Source: a virus
Lineage: Duplodnaviria; Caudoviricetes
Length of the DNA: 55,629 nucleotides
Virus record (IMG/VR): IMGVR_UViG_3300049479_000313
Coordinates: 1-55,629 of that record
Direction: 5' to 3' (one strand)
Shown here: positions 26,494 through 34,788 of the stretch, piece by piece
How positions within the stretch are numbered: position 1 is the stretch's first letter
Layout of the letters: every line of letters begins with the position of its first letter
Translations under genes and position numbers: made by a program
The notes under the pieces: model-generated
The model's database searches: none
Told to the model about the DNA's origin: nothing
The model's input: only the letters and a program-made list of their open reading frames with translations

Positions 26494-28196
26494 CCATCGG
26501 CGAGGAACTGCAACGGCGCGCGGCGGTTGACGCAGCGGGCCGCAGCATGGGCCTCGCCGCCGGGCGCACGTTACGCACCGCGTTCAAGCGCGTGGCGGGG
26601 GAACTCCAGCGCGAATCCCTGAGTCTGTCGCGGCGCGCCGAGCTCACGGCCTTCTTGGCCCGCAGCAGTGCCACGTTAGGCGCGGCGTACCAGAAGGTCG
26701 CGGCCGAGCAGGTGCAGTGGGCCCGCACCGTGGCCAAGGGCATGGGCGAGCACACGTCGGCCGCCATGGAGCGCCTGTTGGGGCAGCAGGGCCGCGTGCT
26801 GCTGACGGCCGAGCGCGTGGACGCCATTGTGGCCTTGCCCATCATGGATCTGCCGTTAGGCGACTGGTGGCGTCGCGAGGCCACGCAACTCAGCGAGCGT
26901 GTGCGCACGGCCCTGCAGCAGGGCCTTCTCCAGGGCCTGTCCATGCGGGACATCGCCCGGAGCTTGAGCGGCGTTGACCCCCGGGACCGCAGCGCCTATC
27001 GCGCGGCCTTGGCCCGGGCCATGACCGTGGCCCGCACCACGGCCAGCGCCGTGGCCACCCACACGGACAAGGCCATCTTCGCCGCGTTAGGCCCGGGCAT
27101 CACGGACCGCTATGTGTACCGGGCCACGCTGGATGGGCGGACCTCGACCATCTGCCGGGGCGCCGATGGTCGGGTGTTCCGTTACGGGGAAGCCGGGGCG
27201 CTGGAGCCACCGCTGCATCCCAACTGCCGCAGCACCATCATCCCGCTGATCAACCCGCAGGGGCGCACCGATGACCAGAAGCGGCGCTTGCGGGAGTTCT
27301 ACGGCACGGACGGGCGCCTGCCGCCCACGCGCACGCCGAAGATGTACGACGACTGGCTGAAGAAGCAGCCGCGCCGCGTGCAGGAGGAGATCCTGGGCAC
27401 GGAGCTGGCCACGCGCTTCCGCGCCGGGGACGTGGCGTTGCTGGAGGCGCTGGGGCAGAGCCGTTTGGCGTTCAGCACGGAAAAGCAAATGCTTAGCACG
27501 GTGCTCGCTAACGCCAGAGAGATCTCCGCCCCGGTTGTCCCGCAACCTGCCGCCCGGGGGCGCCCTTCAGGTGTCCTTTCCAAGGCGCAAGACATCTTTT
27601 CTCACTGGGCCGTTTCCCCTGAAATTCAGAGGGAGGCCCGGGAAGTCCTGTCCGCGATAGATACGGTGCACTACGTTCCTGACCGGAAGATCCGTCTTGG
27701 GTTCTCCCACCTCCCTCCGAGTTCTCGCGGAGTGCTCGGCTTGGTGAGCCGTTCGGGCCTGCAGTTGAAGACGGGACTGGGGCCGAGGAAAGTCGGGAGC
27801 ACTGTGTCCCACGAGTATGGTCATGTTGTGGACTGGATGCTTGCTCCTCCTGGAACGGCCAAAAGCACCGGGAAATTCGCGAGCGGATCTTGGAGAACGA
27901 CCGCAGGCGCGGCATCCGAGCATTGGAAGGACTTCTGGTCCGTGGTCAAGAACTCGCCCGAATACCGGGGTTGGCAAGATTCCCGGGCGACCGCTCGTGG
28001 GAGTACGAGGGACCTCTACGATTACGCTCTGGAGGACGAGGAGGTATTCGCTCGTGGGTATGCCCAATGGATCGGACGTCGGGTGAACAGGCCAGGACTC
28101 TACGCCGGGTCGGCCTTCCAGTGGAGCGAAGCCTCGTTTCCAGATCTCTCGAAAGCGTACGATAGACTCTTCCAAGCGTTAGGACTCTTGAAATGA
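26487..28196 (+). CDS. MuF/SPP1 gp7-like head morphogenesis protein with a C-terminal HExxH metallopeptidase-like extension
   Basis: ATLDGRTSTICR..DG, PPLHPNCRS; C-terminal HEYGH and EEVFARGYAQW. Confidence 0.9.
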   Translation: MLTIGEELQRRAAVDAAGRSMGLAAGRTLRTAFKRVAGELQRESLSLSRRAELTAFLARSSATLGAAYQKVAAEQVQWARTVAKGMGEHTSAAMERLLGQQGRVLLTAERVDAIVALPIMDLPLGDWWRREATQLSERVRTALQQGLLQGLSMRDIARSLSGVDPRDRSAYRAALARAMTVARTTASAVATHTDKAIFAALGPGITDRYVYRATLDGRTSTICRGADGRVFRYGEAGALEPPLHPNCRSTIIPLINPQGRTDDQKRRLREFYGTDGRLPPTRTPKMYDDWLKKQPRRVQEEILGTELATRFRAGDVALLEALGQSRLAFSTEKQMLSTVLANAREISAPVVPQPAARGRPSGVLSKAQDIFSHWAVSPEIQREAREVLSAIDTVHYVPDRKIRLGFSHLPPSSRGVLGLVSRSGLQLKTGLGPRKVGSTVSHEYGHVVDWMLAPPGTAKSTGKFASGSWRTTAGAASEHWKDFWSVVKNSPEYRGWQDSRATARGSTRDLYDYALEDEEVFARGYAQWIGRRVNRPGLYAGSAFQWSEASFPDLSKAYDRLFQALGLLK

Positions 28197-28381
28197 AGAA
28201 TTTCCTTTCTCCTGCGGAGCTCGACCGAATCAAGCGGTTGATGGAGTTAGGGCGTTCAACCGAACAAATTCTGGAAGAGTTCCCTCTCGAAAAGCGTGAT
28301 TTGGCAGCGGAAGGGCTAACCGCCTTTTCTGGAGGAGATGTCGATCGTGAAAGTTTCTTGAGTGCCCAGACCGGGCACTGA
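28193..28381 (+). CDS. Small acidic protein coupled to the MuF C-terminal domain
   Basis: ATGA overlap; same lower-GC composition as the MuF extension. Confidence 0.55.
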   Translation: MKNFLSPAELDRIKRLMELGRSTEQILEEFPLEKRDLAAEGLTAFSGGDVDRESFLSAQTGH

Positions 28382-28435
28382 CCCCAGAGGCGCGGGGCGT
28401 AGCACAGCGCCGGACCTTTACCCGTTAGGTGACCT

Positions 28436-29281
28436 ATGGCAGGGAAGATGAAGGCAGTACTCACGGCAGCGGAGCACGCGGCACTGGTCTCCGACGACCA
28501 GAAGGGGCTGTACGAGGAGGGCGAGGACGGCAAGTTCTTCCTCTCGGTGGACGGCATTGACGACCACGCCAGCGTCAAGGGCATGAAGAGCGCGCTGCAG
28601 CGCCTCAAGCAGGAGGAGGCCCGCCTGAAGAAGCAGCTGGGCACCCTGCCGGAGGGCGTCACGCCGGAGGAGATCGCGCAGATGGTGGCGGAGCGTGCCG
28701 AGGCCGAGGAGGCCAAGAAGAAGGCCGCCGGGGCGTGGGAAGACCTCAAGAAACAGCTCAACGAGCAGCACGCCAAGGCCCTCCAGAAGGAGCAGGCGCG
28801 CGTAGCCGCCCGGGAGGCCTTCATCCGGAAACTCGTCGTCGAGAACAACGCCGTGGCCGCCCTGACCGAGGCCGGGGCCTCGAAACACGGGGTGCGCTTA
28901 CTTCTTCCGCACGTGATGAGTAGTTTGGAGGCGGTAGCGCAGGAGGACGGCGACGCCTTCTCCATGCAAGTGACCGTCATGGGCCCGGACCGGAAGCCCC
29001 GGCTCAGCCCTGCCGGGAACGGAGCCCCGATGGGGCTCGCCGAGTTCGTGAAGGAGATGCGCCAGAGCGAGGACTTCGCGATGGCCTTCGAGGGGACGAA
29101 GTCCGGCGGTAGCGGAGCGCCCCAGAGCACGGCACCGGGAGCCGGTGGAGTGCGGAACTTGGCAGACTTGAAGTCGCCGGGCGACAAGGCGAAGTTCATC
29201 GCCGAGCGCGGTCTGGACGCCTTCAACCAGCTTCTCGCGGCCGACGCCCCCGCTCATCCGTTCGGGGCGCCCAAGCCCTAA
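28436..29281 (+). CDS. Capsid scaffolding protein
   Basis: Charged coiled coil with an SGGSGA linker, immediately before the capsid gene. Confidence 0.8.
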   Translation: MAGKMKAVLTAAEHAALVSDDQKGLYEEGEDGKFFLSVDGIDDHASVKGMKSALQRLKQEEARLKKQLGTLPEGVTPEEIAQMVAERAEAEEAKKKAAGAWEDLKKQLNEQHAKALQKEQARVAAREAFIRKLVVENNAVAALTEAGASKHGVRLLLPHVMSSLEAVAQEDGDAFSMQVTVMGPDRKPRLSPAGNGAPMGLAEFVKEMRQSEDFAMAFEGTKSGGSGAPQSTAPGAGGVRNLADLKSPGDKAKFIAERGLDAFNQLLAADAPAHPFGAPKP

Positions 29282-29313
29282 CCCGCATTACCACACCCTG
29301 AGAGGACCCTGCA

Positions 29314-30285
29314 ATGGCAACGGGCAAATACAGCGACGTCAAGATCTACGAGGCGGAGTTCTACGGCGGCATGAACGAGTCAGTCGCCCAGAACGTCAAC
29401 GTCTTCAACGCAGCCAGCAATGGCGCCATCCGACTGATCAGCATCCCCCAGAAGGGGCACTACGAGAAGACGTCCTTCTGGAAGGACATCTCGGGTCTCG
29501 TCAGCCGCCGAGACATCACCAGCGTGGCGGGAGTGACCGATCTCGCGATGGCGCAGGACGAGACGGTGGCCGTCAAGCTGAACCGGAAGATCGGTCCGGT
29601 GGGCCAGACGCTCGACACGTGGCGCAAGCTGGGGCTGAACTCCAGCGAGATGTCCTTCCAGTTCGGCAAGCTGGTCGGCGACCGCGTCACCAAGGAGTGG
29701 GTCAACCTCGCCTTGTCCGCTGCCAGTGCGGCCATCGGCGCGGTCGGCGCGCTGGTGCACACCATCAGCGCCAACGGCACCATCACCCACGGGGAGATGG
29801 TCAAGGGCAGCGCCAAGATGGGCGACGCCGCCGGGCGCGTGCGCGCGTACGTCATGCACAGCAAGCCGTTCTTCGACTTGCTGGGTCAGTCGCTGACGGA
29901 CAAGATCGTCAACGTGGCCGACATGGTCATCTTCCAGGGCAACGTCGCCACGTTCGGGCGCCCGGTCATCGTCACCGATGCGCCGGGCCTGCTGGTCACG
30001 GGCACGCCGGACCTCTACCACACGCTCGCCCTGACGGAGGACGCCATCGTCGTCAACGAGAGCGAGCAGCGGGAGATCCTCAGCGACATCGCGCTGGGCA
30101 CCGAGAACATCATCATGCGGGCACAGGGCGAGTACGCCTACAGCATCAAGATCAAGGGCACCAAGTGGGACATCGCCAACGGCGGGCTCAACCCGCTGGA
30201 CGCGGCGATCGCCACGGGCAGCAACTGGGACAAGGTCGTGACCGACAACAAGGACATGGCCGGGTTCAAGATCGTCTCTGGCTAA
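29314..30285 (+). CDS. Major capsid protein
   Basis: Follows the scaffold; 323 aa; FNAASNGAI, KMGDA, VMHSK, GRPVIVTD; strongly biased codon usage; GAGG RBS. Confidence 0.9.
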   Translation: MATGKYSDVKIYEAEFYGGMNESVAQNVNVFNAASNGAIRLISIPQKGHYEKTSFWKDISGLVSRRDITSVAGVTDLAMAQDETVAVKLNRKIGPVGQTLDTWRKLGLNSSEMSFQFGKLVGDRVTKEWVNLALSAASAAIGAVGALVHTISANGTITHGEMVKGSAKMGDAAGRVRAYVMHSKPFFDLLGQSLTDKIVNVADMVIFQGNVATFGRPVIVTDAPGLLVTGTPDLYHTLALTEDAIVVNESEQREILSDIALGTENIIMRAQGEYAYSIKIKGTKWDIANGGLNPLDAAIATGSNWDKVVTDNKDMAGFKIVSG

Positions 30286-30292
30286 CCCCCGG

Positions 30293-30326
30293 CCCGTAGG
30301 GAGAGGATCGCTCCTCTCCCTACGGG
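30293..30326 (+). terminator. Perfect 15-bp hairpin after the capsid gene
   Basis: CCCGTAGGGAGAGGA-TCGC-TCCTCTCCCTACGGG, followed by a pyrimidine-rich tract without a clean U-run. Confidence 0.65.
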
Positions 30327-30359
30327 GCGCTCCGTCATCTTCCACTTCTCACTTCTTCC

Positions 30360-30629
30360 ATGCGCGTTCTCATCTACGCCGATACCAAGTCCTCGCGCAA
30401 GCTGCGAGACAAGCTCCGCGCCGAGCGGCACTCGGCCATCCTGTGCAACCCTGAGTTCTACGCCCCGGCGGATCTTCGGGAAGCCGAGGTCGTCTACTTC
30501 CCGGAAGGCCACCGACTCGCTGAGCAGGTGGCGGCGGACGCGGCCGACAAGGTCCAGTTGGAATGGATCAAGGCCCCCAGCAAGAAGGACGCGGCGCCCG
30601 AGGGCGGCGACACGACCCCGGTGGCCTGA
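30360..30629 (+). CDS. Hypothetical head-associated protein
   Basis: Position and codon usage. Confidence 0.65.
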   Translation: MRVLIYADTKSSRKLRDKLRAERHSAILCNPEFYAPADLREAEVVYFPEGHRLAEQVAADAADKVQLEWIKAPSKKDAAPEGGDTTPVA

Positions 30630-30655
30630 CCTTTCCCTTTCGGAGCTGACGCCTC

Positions 30656-31177
30656 ATGGCTCTTGACGCGACTGTGGGTGGTGCCCAAGCGAACAGCTAC
30701 GCCACTCGCGCGGAAGCGACAGCGTACTTCACCGACCGCCACGGCGCGTCCGAGTGGGGCGCCAGCTCCGACGACACCCTCAAGGACCAATGCCTGATGA
30801 GCGCTACGTGGCGCCTCGACCAGGAAGTGGCCCGGGGGCAGAAGAGCACCACAGCGCAGCGCTTGGCATGGCCGCGTTCGTATGTGGAGGATCCGGACGT
30901 GCCCGTCGGCGGGACGTCCGTGTACTTGGATGGGGCCACGTTGCCGCGCCGCTTGAAGGAGGCGACGTACGAATTGGCCTTGGTCCTGTTCCGCACCAGT
31001 GGCGATTACTTCAAGTCCAAGCCGCTGGCCGACTTTTCCCAGCTGTCCGTGGCGGGCGTGTTCCTGCAGCCGTCGCCTAACGCCACGCCCAGCGGGGCCT
31101 TGCCGGACACGGTGGCACGCTTGCTCGACGGGCTCGTGCGCTGGTCGTCAGGCTCGGTGCGCTTGGTGCGCGGATGA
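30656..31177 (+). CDS. Head-tail adaptor (DnaT-like family)
   Basis: ANSYAT..EA..YF, Q.LAWPR, P..LKEATYELAL. Confidence 0.8.
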   Translation: MALDATVGGAQANSYATRAEATAYFTDRHGASEWGASSDDTLKDQCLMSATWRLDQEVARGQKSTTAQRLAWPRSYVEDPDVPVGGTSVYLDGATLPRRLKEATYELALVLFRTSGDYFKSKPLADFSQLSVAGVFLQPSPNATPSGALPDTVARLLDGLVRWSSGSVRLVRG

Positions 31178-31569
31178 GCCTGCAAGACGACCTCCGCAGC
31201 GCACTGACTCCGGTGCTCCGCGACTTGATCGCGGAGTTTCCCACGGTCATGCACATCACGCGCCGGGTCGAGACGTTAGGCGCCGGCAATCGGCCGGTGT
31301 CGGACGACGCGTTCATCTTGAACGGCGAAGGGGTCACCGGGCTGATGCAACCGCCGACGACCCGGCATGTGCGCCAAGTGTTCGGGCGCGAGGTCACGGG
31401 CGACGCCGTGCTGACGTTGCCGGATGACGTGCCGCTCCTGCCCATGGACAAGGTCGAGGTCGTGGAAGGTCCGTACGCGGGGCGGACCTTCTGGGTCACG
31501 CAGACCACGCCCGGCTACATGGCCGGGGTGGTCACGGCGTTGCTCGTGCTGAAGAGGCCCACGCCATGA
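31174..31569 (+). CDS. Head closure protein (putative)
   Basis: Synteny; beta-rich, 131 aa. Confidence 0.6.
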   Translation: MSLQDDLRSALTPVLRDLIAEFPTVMHITRRVETLGAGNRPVSDDAFILNGEGVTGLMQPPTTRHVRQVFGREVTGDAVLTLPDDVPLLPMDKVEVVEGPYAGRTFWVTQTTPGYMAGVVTALLVLKRPTP

Positions 31570-32057
31570 TCCCTTCCTTCAACTTGGGCGGGCCGTTCTC
31601 CGGCATCGCGGGCCAGTTGAGCCGCATTACGGAGACGGTGACCGGCGCGCACACGGCCGAAGTGCAGGAGGCGGCGGTGCTGCTGCTGGCGGCCATTCGG
31701 GAGGAGCTCAGCAAGCCGGGCAGCGGGCGCGTGTACCGGATCCCCGTGGTCAAGCGCGACGGCACGTTGCGCAAGACCAAGAAGGGGGCCACCTCGTACC
31801 GCACGCATCGGGCCAGTGCCCCGGGCGAGCCGCCCGCCGTCGACACGGGGGAACTCCGCCGGGGCAGCACGATGGGCATCGTGGGCGGGAAGATGCGCGT
31901 GGGCGTGACGGCCAAGTATGGGCCGTATCTGGACCGGGGCACCCCGCGCGTTAAGCCACGGCCCTTCATGGCGCCCGCGCTGGCTCGTGCGACCCCGGCC
32001 ATGAGCGATGTCATTGTAGATGCTCTTCGCGAGGAGGCCACACATGGCTTCTTCTGA
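31566..32057 (+). CDS. HK97 gp10-like tail completion protein
   Basis: HRASAPGEPPAVDTGELR, YLDRGT..VKPRPFMAPA. Confidence 0.85.
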   Translation: MIPSFNLGGPFSGIAGQLSRITETVTGAHTAEVQEAAVLLLAAIREELSKPGSGRVYRIPVVKRDGTLRKTKKGATSYRTHRASAPGEPPAVDTGELRRGSTMGIVGGKMRVGVTAKYGPYLDRGTPRVKPRPFMAPALARATPAMSDVIVDALREEATHGFF

Positions 32058-32448
32058 TCCGCTCGCGCAGTTGCAGGACGGACTCGTGGCCACGGTGGAT
32101 GCTGCGGCTGCCGTGATCGCCGTGACGGTCCGGGACCGTGCCAATCTCATCCCGTGGGCGGGCGACTTTCCGACCCAGTTGCCGGTGGCCACGTATGTGG
32201 TCTCCGTGCTGGAGGAGCGCGTGGGCGGCTACACGGCCTCCGTGCAATTGGCCGCATGGGCCGACGATGCGCTGACAGCGCAGGCGTTGCTCCACGCGGT
32301 GTGCGTGTCGCTGAACCAGCCCGCGTTGCAAGCGGCTGGATGTGACGCGGTGGTGCTGCAAGAGATCCGACGCGAGATTCCGTCGGAGGAACGTACCGAT
32401 CCCGCTCGTGCCGATGCGGACCTGATCATCTTCTTCACGCCAGTCTAA
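32044..32448 (+). CDS. Tail terminator (putative)
   Basis: Synteny; GAGGAGG RBS. Confidence 0.6.
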   Translation: MASSDPLAQLQDGLVATVDAAAAVIAVTVRDRANLIPWAGDFPTQLPVATYVVSVLEERVGGYTASVQLAAWADDALTAQALLHAVCVSLNQPALQAAGCDAVVLQEIRREIPSEERTDPARADADLIIFFTPV

Positions 32449-32462
32449 CCCCAGGAAACGCC

Positions 32463-33917
32463 ATGCCCGCCAAATCAAAGATTCTCAATCGGGTGGCTGC
32501 CGCGTACGTGGTGCGGGACAGCACCGGAACGTTCGGCAGCACCACCGTCAGCCCGGCGGCCCTCGCCAAGGGGGCCACGTCCATCAACATTGCCAGCGGC
32601 ACCAACTTCGCCAACGGCGATGTCATCCGCATCGGCTCCGGAGATGAGATGGAGCTCTGCCGCGTCACGGCGGGCGGCGGCACCACCACGCTGACGGTAG
32701 CCAACCCGCTCGCCTTCGCCCACGCGATCGGCGAGGCCGTTGTCGAGCAGACGGTCTACGACCTCGGCGACACGGACGAGGGTGGCGTCACGCTGGAGGC
32801 CACGGGCGAAGTGATCGACCTCACGGCGGCCACCAAGCGTCTCGTCTTCCAGTCGCTCACCGGCTACGTCAGCCTCAGCGGCATGGTGCAGCTGCACGGC
32901 CTGAGCATGCACAACCTCGCCGTAGCGCTGGGCATCCCGTTTGCCAGCGTGACCGGCGCGGGCACGGCGGCCGATTACTACCAGCTGGTCACCGACGGCA
33001 ACGACTTCCTCTCCGAGCAGAACATGTCGTTCATCGTCGTCGGCACCACCATGGACGGCAGCGTCGTGCGCTGCGAACTGTGGGGCTGCGACATGGACTA
33101 CAGCTCCATCAGCTTCACGCTGGGCCGAGGCAAGGCCACGCCCGTGCCGCTCAAGTTCGTGGCCTCAGCGGGTGGCGTGCTGGATGCCAACGCCAACCCG
33201 TACACGCCGTCCTCGACGTTCAAGGCGGGCAAGGGCAAGGTCTTCGACGCGCTGAGCGAGTTCGGCATCTTCGTCGACACGGGCACCACCAACACGGTGG
33301 CCAGCGGTGGCGCGGCGGGGAACAACAGCGTCACGTTGACCAACGCGGCGGGCTTCACTGCCGGGCTCTGGGTGAAGTTCGGCTCGGGCGAAACGGTGGA
33401 GTACCACCAGATCCACAGCGTGGCCACCAACACCCTGACCATGAAGTCCCGGTTCCTCCGGGCGCAGGCAGCGGCCACCGTGGCCACGGTCACCACGCCT
33501 ACGGCGGTGGCCGGGGTGTCGCCGGACGGCGGCACCGTCAACATCAACGGGTCGGTGGAACCGTTGCGCATTGCCACCAAGCGCATCCAGGTCGGACTGC
33601 GCCCGGGCCCGGCCACGCTGGGCATTCAGGTGCCCATCACGGACCTGTCGCTGGCGAACTGGGCCTACGCGCTGGGCATCCCGCAGGCGGATATCGCGTC
33701 GGCCCGGGTGGCACTCACCAACTTGGGCACGGCCACGGACATCGTGGGCCTGTACCTCAAGGGTACCATGAAGGACGGCACCACCCTGTGGATGAACGGC
33801 TGGGGTTGTACGCAGGTCGTGGAGCAGTTCAGCGCTGCGCTGGCCGCGTCGGGCCAGCCGTCGTTGCTGTTCAACGTGCGGCCCTCGTCCGCGCTGCAGT
33901 GCCTGAACCACGCCTAA
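32463..33917 (+). CDS. Major tail tube protein made of two tandem homologous halves
   Basis: Position before chaperone and tape measure; motifs GSG.E, ATKR, ALGIP, GT..DG and WGC occur in both halves. Confidence 0.8.
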   Translation: MPAKSKILNRVAAAYVVRDSTGTFGSTTVSPAALAKGATSINIASGTNFANGDVIRIGSGDEMELCRVTAGGGTTTLTVANPLAFAHAIGEAVVEQTVYDLGDTDEGGVTLEATGEVIDLTAATKRLVFQSLTGYVSLSGMVQLHGLSMHNLAVALGIPFASVTGAGTAADYYQLVTDGNDFLSEQNMSFIVVGTTMDGSVVRCELWGCDMDYSSISFTLGRGKATPVPLKFVASAGGVLDANANPYTPSSTFKAGKGKVFDALSEFGIFVDTGTTNTVASGGAAGNNSVTLTNAAGFTAGLWVKFGSGETVEYHQIHSVATNTLTMKSRFLRAQAAATVATVTTPTAVAGVSPDGGTVNINGSVEPLRIATKRIQVGLRPGPATLGIQVPITDLSLANWAYALGIPQADIASARVALTNLGTATDIVGLYLKGTMKDGTTLWMNGWGCTQVVEQFSAALAASGQPSLLFNVRPSSALQCLNHA

Positions 33918-33918
33918 C

Positions 33919-34788
33919 GTGGGCGTGGCCCGAAGCATCCCGCTGCGGGACCTGAAGGCCGAGTGCTCCATCATGGAGCGCTCGGTCCTGCAGGGCAACG
34001 CGGCTGCGAAGGACGAGCTTGTCGCGCATCGGCCGGGAGGGGCAGCCAATGGGGACCGGACGGTGCGCGGCTGGCTGCGGTATTTTGCCGTGCTCCATCG
34101 GCGGCACGCCATGCTCATGGAGCAGCCGCTGGCTGCCGATGCGGATCAGCTCCTGTTATCCGCGCTGCGTAGCGAGCCCCAGCGCGTGCTCCTCGTCACA
34201 CAGGCCCCGGACGACAGCGGCGCCCCGGCGACGCTGGCCGTGTACCCCAAATCGTTCGAAGCGTTAGTCGAGATCCAGAAGCACGATGCCCTGCTGGAGT
34301 GGGTGTCGTTGCGCTACATGTACCTGCACGAGCATCAGCGCGCACACACGGACGCTGACTACTTGGCGTTCAGCCAGCGCGCGCTGGATGAGATGACGTA
34401 TCAGTACCAGTTACTGGCGTGGATCGTGACCACGCCCGGGCCCGGGCTTCCGTTCGACCCGCTGGGCGGGGAGATCCCTGAGATCCCGGCGCATATCCGG
34501 CGGCTGGACGTGTTGGATCTCTTGGCCTTGCTGCGCGCCCACGCCACGGTCAACGCGGTGCGCTTGCGCGTGCTGCGCAGCTTGATGGCGGCCGATACGC
34601 CCGGCACCACGGAACGGCAGCGGCCGACGTGGGCCATGTTCTTCGCCAATGCAGCCGTGGACCTGAAGACGAGCACCCGGGCCCTCATGCGGGATCACTC
34701 GCTGGCGGAGGTGCTGGCCATGCTGCAACTGCATCATGTGTCGTCGCGCGACGCCATTGAGGACGCCAAGCGGGAGACCAAGCCATGA
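33919..34788 (+). CDS. Tail assembly chaperone (putative; start may be 33973)
   Basis: Lies between tail tube and tape measure; helical. Confidence 0.6.
   Translation: MGVARSIPLRDLKAECSIMERSVLQGNAAAKDELVAHRPGGAANGDRTVRGWLRYFAVLHRRHAMLMEQPLAADADQLLLSALRSEPQRVLLVTQAPDDSGAPATLAVYPKSFEALVEIQKHDALLEWVSLRYMYLHEHQRAHTDADYLAFSQRALDEMTYQYQLLAWIVTTPGPGLPFDPLGGEIPEIPAHIRRLDVLDLLALLRAHATVNAVRLRVLRSLMAADTPGTTERQRPTWAMFFANAAVDLKTSTRALMRDHSLAEVLAMLQLHHVSSRDAIEDAKRETKP

Noticed and set aside
33919-34788. Programmed -1 frameshift in the tail assembly chaperone
   Set aside because: A single ORF runs directly into the tape measure start; I found no convincing slippery heptamer or second frame
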